In this document: piece after piece, positions 43,842 through 54,512 of the stretch
Numbering within the stretch: position 1 is the stretch's first letter
Layout of the letters: each line of letters opens with the position of its first letter
Assembly: GCA_977862235.1 (NCBI GenBank)
Contig: OZ374565.1
Location: 124,001 to 188,000, forward strand
Source of the DNA: Dudresnaya verticillata
Taxonomy: Eukaryota
Direction: 5' to 3'
DNA: 64,000 bases
The notes under the pieces: model-generated
Seen by the model: only the letters and a program-made list of their open reading frames with translations
What the model was told of the DNA's origin: nothing
Database searches by the model: none
Made by a program: the position numbers and the translations under genes

Positions 43842-44900
43842 ATGCAGCCCCACCAGAACAACCCAAACGGCTTCTACCCGCCCACCTCGTCGCACTACTA
43901 CTCGTCAGACGCTAGTGCCGTGTCGTCCAAGGACGCCCCCTCCGCACCACCTCCGGATACCACCAAAGCCACCTTTCCCGTGCCGAGCCCCATGCATCCG
44001 CAGATGCAACAGCCTATGCAGCAGCCTATGCAACAGCCTATGCAGCAGCCTATGCAACAGCCTATGCAGCAGCCTATGCAGCAGCCTATGCAGCAGCCTA
44101 TGCAACAGCCTATGCAACAGCCCATGCCCATGCAGCAGCCCATGCCCATGCAACAGCCCATGCCCATGCAACAGCCCATGCCCATGCAACAGCCCATGCC
44201 CATGCAACAGCCCATGCCCATGCAACAGCCCATGCAACAGTCTATGCATCAACCCATGCAGCAGCCGATGATGGCGCAACAGCAACTACCCACCATGCAA
44301 CAGCAGTACCCGGGAATGATGCAGCAGCCAGGTATGACGCAACCTGCCATGGGCTACATGACGCAGCCGGTGGCACAGCCGCAGATGAACATGATGCAGC
44401 AGCCGAACGCTTCCTTCACCTCCATGTCTGCCGGCTCCGGCATGCAGTCCGGCCACATCGACGCTATCAAGGCGCATTACCCTGCCGTCGGCTCTTTCAA
44501 GGATATGACCAGCAACATTGCGGGGCTGCACGAGGAGACGATTTTCATGGTTGAGGACGCCATCAGGCGTGTCGTCAATCTCAAGACAAAGATAAACGAA
44601 TTGCAGGCCAAGCGCTCAAGCTACTGGGCCAGACAGGCCGCCAATGGTGGCGTCGCCGTTGCTAGTGCCGTATTTACGTTTGGTACGTCGCTCCTGGTGC
44701 AGGGACCCGGCGCCGTGCATCAGAAGAACAAGTTGGACGCTTTGAAGAGAGAGATTCGGGCGATGCTCGGTCAGCTCAACCAGCTGCGTGATAGCTTTGG
44801 CCACGATTCCAGGTTTAAGGGTGCAGACAATAGTGTGCGCATTGTAGATAGCGTCTTCAAACATGGCATTTCCAGGACCGAGTTGAAGGGTGAATATTGA
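43842..44900 (+). CDS. Gln/Pro/Met-rich low-complexity protein with conserved C-terminal coiled-coil/hydrophobic domain, copy A
   Basis: ATG 43842 (MQPHQNN), (QQPM)n and (QQPMPM)n repeats. C-terminal ~160 aa are nearly identical to 52236-52712. Confidence 0.8.
   Translation: MQPHQNNPNGFYPPTSSHYYSSDASAVSSKDAPSAPPPDTTKATFPVPSPMHPQMQQPMQQPMQQPMQQPMQQPMQQPMQQPMQQPMQQPMQQPMPMQQPMPMQQPMPMQQPMPMQQPMPMQQPMPMQQPMQQSMHQPMQQPMMAQQQLPTMQQQYPGMMQQPGMTQPAMGYMTQPVAQPQMNMMQQPNASFTSMSAGSGMQSGHIDAIKAHYPAVGSFKDMTSNIAGLHEETIFMVEDAIRRVVNLKTKINELQAKRSSYWARQAANGGVAVASAVFTFGTSLLVQGPGAVHQKNKLDALKREIRAMLGQLNQLRDSFGHDSRFKGADNSVRIVDSVFKHGISRTELKGEY
44003..44265 (+). repeat. 12-bp and 18-bp coding repeats (QQPM / QQPMPM)
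   Basis: Arrays of ATGCA(A/G)CAGCCT and ATGCAACAGCCCATGCCC. Confidence 0.9.
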
Positions 44901-46470
44901 CCTCCTCTATTGATGCTTCTTCTTTACGCTGTGTTCACGCTGCACCTATGTGTAGCTCACGCTGTCCCCTTCTTACTTGGCGCCTGGCTTCTTTGCTCTG
45001 TTCAATAAAAAAAACCCGCTGTATGAGGCGCTTGTGCGTGAGCAATGTTGACGAGGGTTTTTGCGAGCATGTCCAAGTTTGGGCGCAATGCTGTGCATCT
45101 TTCCAGGCCGGCCGAAGCCGAATACACTGCCCGTAGCCAGAAACATTTGCAATGAGCCATAGCACACTTGCCCCGCTGTAGTCATGCGAGCCGGTAGCGT
45201 ACTTTTTGCAAGTCAAGGATGGGCCTTCCGATTCTCTAAGTGCTATCACGCCGCAGTATAATGAAGTTATTGGCCGGAGAGATTCTCGCTCATTGCAAAT
45301 ACCGCCAGGCCTGCATGTAGAGGAGAGCACGTTACGTTGCTGTCACGAGTAAAGCAGCGTCTAGACCTTCTTTCACACGTTTGCGACAAGTAAGGTATTA
45401 TTTGCGAGCGGGCTGGCAACCATAGTGGGACCCTCTTTCCCTCTTTCCCTATTGATCGTGAAGGTTTAAGATTTACTGTTTTGTTTAAAGTGGTCCTATG
45501 CGGGCCGGTGACAGGGGCCCGTATCCGAACATTGCGAGATAAGGCCAGCGGGAATGGGCATGGTGACGGGCACTCGTGACACGAGGCTCGCTCGTGGCCT
45601 CTATGTCGCTGAGGACAGCAGGGCAGTCGTGTAGTAGTACTGTAGGTCAGGACCCGGACATCTGAGCCCTCGGATCTTTGTTCATCTTGTGAGTCTCGAG
45701 GTTAGCAAAACTTAGACGTCGCCCTCGCCCTTGCACTAACCTGTTACTGCGAGCCCTCTACGGTCTACCACTTATCGCGGTGTGCAGATTTCGTGCTGGC
45801 TTATTGGCGAGAGCAAATACATCCGCTTGAGCGGAGGATACCAACTTCTAGACAAACTAAAACAAATAAACATTGATCAAAAGCAACAACATAACAAAGA
45901 TAGAGTGACTATAGAAACGCCACAGAGAAATAAACATGCCTCTTCGGGCTCCTGCCAACCGCAGCCCCGCCGTTGATAACTACCACCTTCCTGGCGCGGC
46001 TGCCGCTTGCGCAACGGGATGGTACTTACAGGTTCTGGGTAGCAGACGCTCGAACGGCTACTCTCGGCCAAAGTGATACAGGCTGTAAGTGCTGCCTCAG
46101 ACCCTCTCTCACTGCTCGCTATTCCCCATTTTCACTCTTCACAGGTATACACTCCTTGGCTAAAGTGATGTTTCCCCCAGGTATACATGTAGTTTACCCA
46201 AGTGTGATGGCTGGAGGGGACTCCGAGCCAGGTGACTTGCGGTAACCTACAGGGTGAAGGCAAAAGCTTCGGCTGCGATGCCGGGAGTTTAGTGAGAGTG
46301 ATATCCGAGACGGTATAAGTACTACAGAACCGTGGAGGGAGAGCGACGGCGGCGAGTCCATGACACATGGCCACGTTGCCACGGGGCGGACGCCGTATCG
46401 GAGTCCTCAAAGAGGTGCAACGCCATTCCGGTGAAATAGCCAAGCGCACAGCTGGCTACACTCCCCTCTT

Positions 46471-49400
46471 TCAAAGTGCAAGAAGGCTTCGTGCTTTCTC
46501 AACTAATCCGTTCGGAGTATTCTTGCGCTGGAGAAGGCGGAGCAGCATTGCGGGAACATCCTCGTAGACGCGCTCCAGTGGCTCTAGGGAATCTTCCGAG
46601 TGCGGAAGCCCTTTCCAGCGGACAAAAACCTTCATTCCGTTCGGAGTATCAACCAGACGCATTAAGCGCGCGACTGGCATTCCCATTTCGGAGGACAGGA
46701 CGTGCGACATGATGACGTCCGTGTCCAGTGAGGCGTCATGGTAGAACTTTAGCCGGCAAGCGTGCACGTCCTCAAGAACACCGTTGCGGAGATCTTCGAC
46801 TTGAAAAACCCAGTCGGAGATTGCGTTGATAATCCGACGCGGTCCGCGCCAGCGAAGGGCGAGCTTTTCACCCTTGAAGAAGTCCTCTCGTGCGACGAGG
46901 ACGAAATCACCTTCGGTGAATTTTGGCAGCTCCTCGCGGGAGACTGCGGCACGCTTTCGTTGTCGTGCAATCCGTACGGTGTTTTCAATAACCGGATGGA
47001 GTTCTGCAATTCGGTTCTTGAGCTCGGCGACGTTGATAGCACGCTCGAGCGATACTTTGTCCACCGTAACGGGAGTAGTCGTTTCTGTTCTGAGAAACGT
47101 AGAGATTGGGAGCGTGGGCGCCATGCTCGTAAACGCCGTGATGGGCGCAACTTCTTTCCGTGACGGTGAAGGCACGTTGTTGAGCGCACTCTGAACCAAC
47201 GGGAGAATGTCCGGCCATTCTTCAAACCGCATTTGGAGTTCAGAAACCACCGAACGGAATACGCGTAGGAGCTCCTTACCAAGTCGTTCGACTGCCCCAT
47301 TGCTCCACGGAGAGTAAGGTAGCGTGAAATGGTGGGGAACCTTGAGCCCTTTTGACACCGATCGGAGTACCTCATTCTTGAAATGAGTTGGTCCATCGGA
47401 CATCCATCCGGACGGAACACCAAAAGCAGCAGACCAGTCAATGAGAGAAATTGCTGCTGTTTCCGCTGCGGTGTCGGCGGTGGTGAAGAACCATGCATAC
47501 GCGGAATGATCATCCCGCAGCATCCGGATGTATTTGGCACCGTCACGGCTTGGCCCGACTTCAATATAGTCGAACTGCACTAACCGATTCGGAGCGGTAC
47601 CAAATACGGAGGGTCCGAACAGGCGGGGTATCTTCCCCCCTCCGACTGTCGAAAGACAGTGGATGCAAGCCCGAACGAAGGATCTGACGTCGGCATGAAG
47701 CGTGGGCCAGTAGAACTGCCCATGCCCACGCAACACCTTGGCGTTGGATTTGCGGCCACGGTGGCCGCTCGGTCCGATGTGCGCGATGATGCACGCGCGG
47801 AGTTGTAAGTCCGTAGCGGAGTCAGGAATCCAAATAGCTCCGTTACGGTGTCGCCAGAGTCCGTCCGTTAGGGAGAGGTGTGCCGGCCGCTCTTCATGAC
47901 AGGCAGCCTGCGCGTCGGCGAAGAGCTGGGACGACGGCCATTCGAAATCCGATGCGGAAGAGGAAGGTAACTCCGGAATGTGGACGAGGCGGTGGATTGT
48001 GCGCGGGGCAGACCACCGTCCGAGGAGTTCGGCCCACACGTTATCCACACCCTTGATGTGAAAACACATGTAGCAGTACATACTGAGACGTACCGCCCAG
48101 CGCAATACCTTACGGAGTGTAGTAGCCGAAAGGTCGGGGACAACCGAAAGCGGATCGAAGAGGAAGATGAGGTTGTTTTGGTCGGTGTAGAGATCAAATC
48201 NNNNNNNNNNNNNNNNNNNNNNNNNNNNNNNNNNNNNNNNNNNNNNNNNNNNNNNNNNNNNNNNNNNNNNNNNNNNNNNNNNNNNNNNNNNNNNNNNNNN
48301 NNNNNNNNNNNNNNNNNNNNNNNNNNNNNNNNNNNNNNNNNNNNNNNNNNNNNNNNNNNNNNNNNNNNNNNNNNNNNNNNNNNNNNNNNNNNNNNNNNNN
48401 CGTCCGGAGTAGCAGCGAGCCAGTGCATCCTTTCGAGGGAGGCGAGCACCGCGTAGGCTTCCTTCTCGAGAGTTGACCAACCAAATTGGGTGCGGTTGAA
48501 CCGACCGGAAAGAAACGCGAACGGCTCGTGACGTTGTTCAGCGTGAGATTTCGCAAGGTCCTCGCGAGGAACTTGGGTCATGATCCCTGACCACACCGTA
48601 TCGGAAGCATCTGTGTAAACACACAACCGTTTGGAGTCATCGCGATGTGCGAGGGTGACTTGATGTGCCAAAGCGGTTTTGCATGCCCCGAAAGCGGTTT
48701 CTTCTGTAGCACTCCAACCCGTGAGTGACAGTTGGGTGCGTGCGACGGCGCGTTTCATGCGCTTTCCGACTCGGTTGTAGATGCGCTCCATGGCGTCGTG
48801 GAGAGGTTGTACCAACTCTGCGAATTGCGGAATACCGTTGCGGAGCCACTGTAACGCGCAGAGGAACTGCTGTAGGTGGGCACCGGTTGTCGGAGATTCC
48901 ATTCGGAGTAGGCCATTAAGGCGGGCTGGATCGTAGCGAATACCGTCTGCGGAGATGAGACGGCCACACCACCGTACGGATTTGCTGAAAAGCATGCACT
49001 TCGCAGGGTGCAGCTTGAGGTTGAGTTGCGCGCAGAGCTCTAGAAAAATCCGAATGGCTTCGAGCAGTCCTGCAATCGTCTTGTGATGTAGCAGGATGTC
49101 GTCAAGCCAATGAAGAACTGTCTTGCACAACCGTTTCGGAAGTACCTCAGCCAGGGACGACTGGAGGTGTGTCACAGCATTCGTCGTGCCGTGTAAAACC
49201 CGTGTAGGTGTGTAGATTCCATCCGGAGTAATGAACGACTGCAGCTCCTGGGAGCCCTTGTCCAGTTGGAGTTGCCAGTACCCGTGCGACAGGTCGAAAG
49301 ACGCAAAATACCGGGAATCGGAAAGCTTCGTTAGCTCGTGCTCCAGATTCGGCATCGGGTACTGGTGCTTGACGGTGAATTTGTTCACCGGGCGGAGGTC

Positions 49401-51467
49401 GACCGTGAAACGGAATCGGGCAGGTCCCGGTTTTGGAACCAGTAGGGGAGCGCACGCCCACGGCGATGTGGGGTTCGCGTACGCTAGACCGTTACGGAGT
49501 AGTTGGTCGACGAATCCTTCTAGGAACTCGCGTTGTTCACGCGAGTAATTCCGTAGACGGACTTTGACGGGTCGTGCATCGGGGGTGAGCTCGATCTTGA
49601 GCGGCTTGATTTCGGCTGGGCGTCCAGCAGAAAATCCGGTTCGGAATATATTCACGTGGGTGTCCAGGAGATCAGCTAACTCCTGTTGGTGTTCACCTAG
49701 AAGACCATTCTCCGTTGCGGATTTCTTCATCCCTTCAACTCCGTTGCGGATTGCGTGCTCTTGATCGAGGTCCACTGGGTCGAGTAGGGACTGGTCTGGG
49801 AAGGGGTCTTCTTCATTCCGGGCGGTGTAGTAGTTCACGCGCGGCCTATTATGGGCCGGTTCGCGCTTACCGTTTTCGGAGGTGTCATCCATTTCGCGGA
49901 TGCGGTTGAGGCGTGCGATCATCATGCGACTAATCGCTCCGCCACGGTGTACAGCAGTCGGGTTCCCGACGCTGCTGCAGTCAGCCCCGTCTAACTCCGA
50001 TCGGTTTTGTTCCAGGAGGGTACGGGTGTCCACCTGTAAGTGCTGAAGAACTGGAAGACCGATAAGGAGGTCTTCGCAGGCCAAGTCATCGTCCGCAATA
50101 AGGAACGAGACGTTAGCCAGCGCCAGCTCACCACTTGACAGATGTAAAACCGTTCGGGGAGACGTCCACTTTCGGGAGAATGAAAACTTCTGCGCCTCCG
50201 TGTCGGACTTCAGAGCCACGCTTAACCGTATCGGTGTAATGGCAGTAATCTTGCCTATACCCCGGATGACGGCTCTCTCGGCAAGCTTGGACGACACGAT
50301 GCTGTCGTCGCTGCCGTCATCACAACGGCCTGTCCCGTCGAGAGACGTTTGGCCATCGGAAACGGTTACGGAGCAAGACGGATGAGCATGAGAACTATAA
50401 TCCGCTTCGGTGTGATTCTCCTTCTTGGGAGAAATCCTTCCGGTTAATCCGCCTCCTTTGCTCTGGCTCCTTTCCGTATCGGTTGTCTTGGAGGTATTGT
50501 CTCCTTGTTTGCTCCGTGTGGAGCGTGCGGGTCCGCCGGACGCCCGTTGTGCGGCCAAATCGGAAAACATCTTGTCCTTCTCCTCCTTTGTGGATGCGGG
50601 ACAGTCCTTAATAAGGCGTTTCTTCCCTTTGGACTTGCAGGGACCAAACGGACAGTCGGGCAGCGGGCGTTGAGAGCCGCTATTGCTACTCTTGGTCGCA
50701 CGACCTGTACCGGACGGAGTCTTGTCAGTAGAATTTCCCGATCGGTGTTGTTTGTTATTTCCGTCACGGTGTTCAGAACGCTTCTTGTTCTTTGGACCAC
50801 TGTCCACCAACTGGAAGGCGTCGGACAGCTTGACGGCGTGTCGCATGAACCCCTTGAAATCTTTCTTGAGTTCATGGTGGGCGAAATCCAGATCGGATTT
50901 GAGGCGCTCTTTGAGAGACACCGGTCGGACTGCAGACATAACGTGGCTGACAGCGACCTTCTGGTTGCTCTTAAGCAACCAGGAAATTCCGTTACGGCGT
51001 AATAGGGAGTGGTAGGACACAAAAAGAGACTCCATTCGGGATCGGGCGTTTTTGTCGCTCATATCCATACGACGTTCTTGTCCCACTAGGGTATCCAGAG
51101 TCTCGAGAGTGACAGTCTCCTCGGACTCCTTAGCCTTCTCAGCGAGGTAGTCCCGAAGCACCGTATCGGAAAGTTCCTCGTAGGAGTCTACGCCCTCAAT
51201 GAGGTCGAGGGCGATTGCCGACTCGAGGTATTCGGGGTCAACGCAAAACTTGAGGTTGACCGGACGGACTGCTTCCATCGTGGTGTACCCGGTAGATGTG
51301 AGCTGCCTAGCGCGGGCTGTTACTTCCTGGCTGTACTGATCGTACAGGCGAAGGAAAACGCGGATCGACTCCGCATCCGTTCGGTTTAGACGCGGGTGAT
51401 CAACCGATGTGTCCACAAAAGACGCGCCTTGCGTCGTGACAGGCGGCGTAGAGGATGCCTGTGACAT
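46471..51467 (-). CDS. gag-pol: Gypsy Gag-Pol polyprotein (1598 aa if the 200-N gap is removed)
   Basis: RT (FTVDLR, DLSHGYWQ, WLDD), RNase H (YTDASD, EKE), integrase (H..H...CIHC, FDY, SDG, GAVER), chromodomain (VRWKG...DSLEP). The gap flanks join in frame as ATPD-G-FDLYTD. Confidence 0.9.
48201..48400. other. Assembly gap (200 N)
   Basis: Run of N. Confidence 1.
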
Positions 51468-51874
51468 GATGGTGTCAACTCCGTTTCGGTTTGGAGCCCT
51501 GTGAGGCGATCGGTGGGTGATCGTAGCTCACTTTCGTGAACCTTGTAGGTGACCAGGTTTGATCCGTTACGGATCGTGCACTCCTTAGTCGTAGTGATCA
51601 CTGTGATGGCTGGAGGGGACTCCGAGCCAGGTGACTTGCGGTAACCTACAGGGTGAAGGCAAAAGCTTCGGCTGCGATGCCGGGAGTTTAGTGAGAGTGA
51701 TATCCGAGACGGTATAAGTACTACAGAACCGTGGAGGGAGAGCGACGGCGGCGAGTCCATGACACATGGCCACGTTGCCACGGGGCGGACGCCGTATCGG
51801 AGTCCTCAAAGAGGTGCAACGCCGTTCCGGTGAAATAGCCAAGCGCACAGCTGGCTACACCAAGGAGCCAATTT

Positions 51875-51925
51875 CCCGTCCCGTCCCGTCCCGTCCCGTC
51901 CCGTCCCGTCCCGTCCCGTCCCGTC
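51875..51925. repeat. (CCCGT)n pentanucleotide microsatellite (~10 units)
   Basis: Seen directly. Confidence 0.95.
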
Positions 51926-52235
51926 AATTGGAAGGCCCATCCTTTACATGCAGAAGGTACGCTACGGACTCGCATGGCTACAGCGGGGGACAATTGTGCT
52001 ATGGCTCATTGCAATTGTTTCTGACTACGAGCAGTGCAGTCGGCTTCGGCCGGCCTGGAAAGATGCACAGCATTGCGCCCAAACTTGGACATGCTCGCAA
52101 AAGCTCTGGTAAACATTGCTCACGCACAAGCGCCTCACGCAGCAGGCCTTTATTGAACAGAGCAAAGACGGCAGCAGCCAAGCAAGAAGGGTACAGCGTG
52201 AACATAGCGTAAAGAAGAAACCTCAATAGAGGAGG

Positions 52236-53423
52236 TCAATAATCACCCTTCAACTCGGTCCTGGAAATGCCATGTTTGAAGACGCTATTTACAACGCGCA
52301 CACTATTGTCTGCATCCTTAAACCTGGGATCCTGGTCGAAACATTCACGCAGCTGGTTGAGCTGACCGAGCATCGCCAGAATCTCTCTCTTCAAAGCGTC
52401 CAATTTGTTCTTTTGATGCACGGCGCCGGGTCCCTGCACTAGGAGCGACGCACCAAACGTAAATACGGCACTAGCAACGGCGACGCCACCATTGGCGGCC
52501 TGTCTGATCCAGTAGCTTGAGCGCTTGGCCTGCAATTCGTTTATCTTTGTCTTGAGCTTGACGACACGCCTGATGGCGTCCTCAACCATGAAAATCTGCT
52601 CCTCGTGCAGCCCCTCAATATTGCTGGTCATATCCTTGAAAAAGCCGACGGCAGGGTAATGCGCCTTGATAGCGTTGATGTGGCCGGACTGCATGCCGGA
52701 GCCGGCAGACATGGAGGTGAAGGAAGCGTTCGGCTGCTACATCATGCTCATCTGCGGCTGTGCCCCCGGCTGCGTCATGTAGCCCATGGCAGGTTGCATC
52801 ATTCCTGGCTGCTGCATCATGGCCGGTTGCATCATACCTGGCTGCTGCATCGTGGCGGGTTGCTGCTGCACCATTCCCGGGTACTGCTGTTGCATGGTGG
52901 GTGGTTGCTGTTGTGACATCATCGGCTGCTGCTGCTGGAGCATCATTCCGGGGGCAGAGCCCATTCCACTGTGCGAAGAGCCGGCGGAGCCCGACGGGGC
53001 TGATGTTGGGGTAGCTGGGATTTGCATGGGGTACTGCATGGGTTGATGCATAGACTGTTGCATGGGCTGTTGCATAGGCATGGGCTGTTGCATAGGCATG
53101 GGCTGTTGCATCGGTTGTTGCATCGGTTGTTGCATCGGTTGTTGCATAGGCATGGGCTGTTGCATGGGCTGTTGCATCGGTTGTTGCATCGGCTGTTGCA
53201 TAGGCTGTTTCATTGGCTGTTGCATGGACTGTTGAATAGGCTGCTGCATAGGCTGTTGCATCTGCGGATGCATGGCGTTCTGCACGGGAAAGGTGGGTTT
53301 GGTTGTACCCGGGCGTGGTACGGAGGGGGTGTCCATGGACGACGCGGCACTAGCGTCTGGGGAGTGGTAGTGTGACGAGGTGGGCGGGTAGGGGCCGTGA
53401 GGGTTGTTCTGGTGGGGCTCCAT
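52236..53423 (-). pseudogene. Inverted copy B of the Gln/Pro/Met-rich gene with a premature stop
   Basis: Colinear with 43842-44900. ATG ATG CAG CAG in copy A reads ATG ATG TAG CAG at 52737-52739; the same frame continues to 52236. Confidence 0.82.
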
Positions 53424-53587
53424 TGCGGGGTGGAGGGGGGGATTGCGCCGAACGACCGTACGACACTCGGGGTGTTATACGCGCGGCACGGCGGCAGGCC
53501 GGCGCGGGAGTTGAAAAGCGAAGGGGCACGCTGAGGAAGGGAATGCTGACGAAAGGGAAGGTGGTGCAGAACAGGATGAATGGGTAC

Positions 53588-54512
53588 TGATAAGTTGGTA
53601 GGTGTTGTTGTGGTTCGATGGCTAGAACTACCAGATCTTGAGAAGACCAGTATATATAGACCAAAGTCTGCACCACAATGTGGTCTGTAGAACGAATACA
53701 ACTGTGGTACTAGACACAACATAAACATAACAAACAGCTAGTTATATCAGACCGTAGCCGTGAACCGGTGGAATAATTGTAACAACATATCTAGAATAAT
53801 TGTAACAACATATCTAGTATGTAACTGCTCAACTGCTTGAACAATGAACAGTAAAACATATACTTGAACGGCAGTGCTTGAACGATAAACAGTAAAACCA
53901 ATAGTAATGGTTCAACCATGAGTGAACAGCTCTTCAAGCCAAGTTATGCAGACAGAATGTTGAATGCAATACAACATATGTTGAAAAGACATCCTCAAGT
54001 CTGCCGGCGTGCATTAACCGATGACTGGTTTAACGGAAAGAGAGTAAACGGCAATATTTGACGGAGGGTACTTCTGATACAGCCAGGTAACAAGTAGAAG
54101 TTGTCGCCCTGGTTCGATGGGCGTGATAATGGACTGAGTATCAATGAGTACACGAGGCGGAGCCGAGTGGTCCCATATGATGCGAGGTCGTGTCAAATGA
54201 GGTCGTACGACCTCGTACGATGTCTCAGGGTAAAATGGTCAGTGACGATCGCGGTCAATCTGGATTAAGGGTGGAATGCCGCAATCTGCAGTCGTGCGAC
54301 TAGCAAGTTGTCACCCTGTCCTCCAGCACTCAATAGACAACTGGGAGAGTCTGACCTCTCTCCCTGTACCACGCAATGCTGCCAAATAGTATGAGGCACT
54401 GTGGGGCAATACTTAAGGAGCACAGAGCGTCAAGTTTTTGTAGAAATAAGATAGCAACCCACAGGACAACAAGTAAAGGGAACTTGTACCAGACCTACTG
54501 TACCAAATAACG
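53588..54512. mobile_element. LTR-like insertion (~925 bp) in the promoter of copy B
   Basis: Absent from copy A upstream region; homology resumes at ~54520 versus ~43710. Imperfect inverted ends TGATAAGTTGGTA/TACCAAATAACG, internal 23-bp tandem duplication at ~53771-53817. No clean TSD. Confidence 0.4.

Larger units (their letters stand above)
46203..51859 (-). mobile_element. Young full-length Ty3/gypsy chromodomain-bearing LTR retrotransposon
   Basis: 258-bp LTRs 46203-46460 and 51602-51859 (TG...CA, one mismatch seen); TSD CCAAG (46198-46202, 51860-51864); PPT GAAAGAGGGGAG at 46461-46472 (minus); order gag-PR-RT-RH-IN-chromo. Confidence 0.96.

Noticed and set aside
45341..45581. 241-bp segment with perfect 10-bp inverted ends TGTCACGAGT/ACTCGTGACA (solo LTR or MITE)
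   Set aside because: No target-site duplication (GTTGC versus CGAGG) and no second copy in the window.
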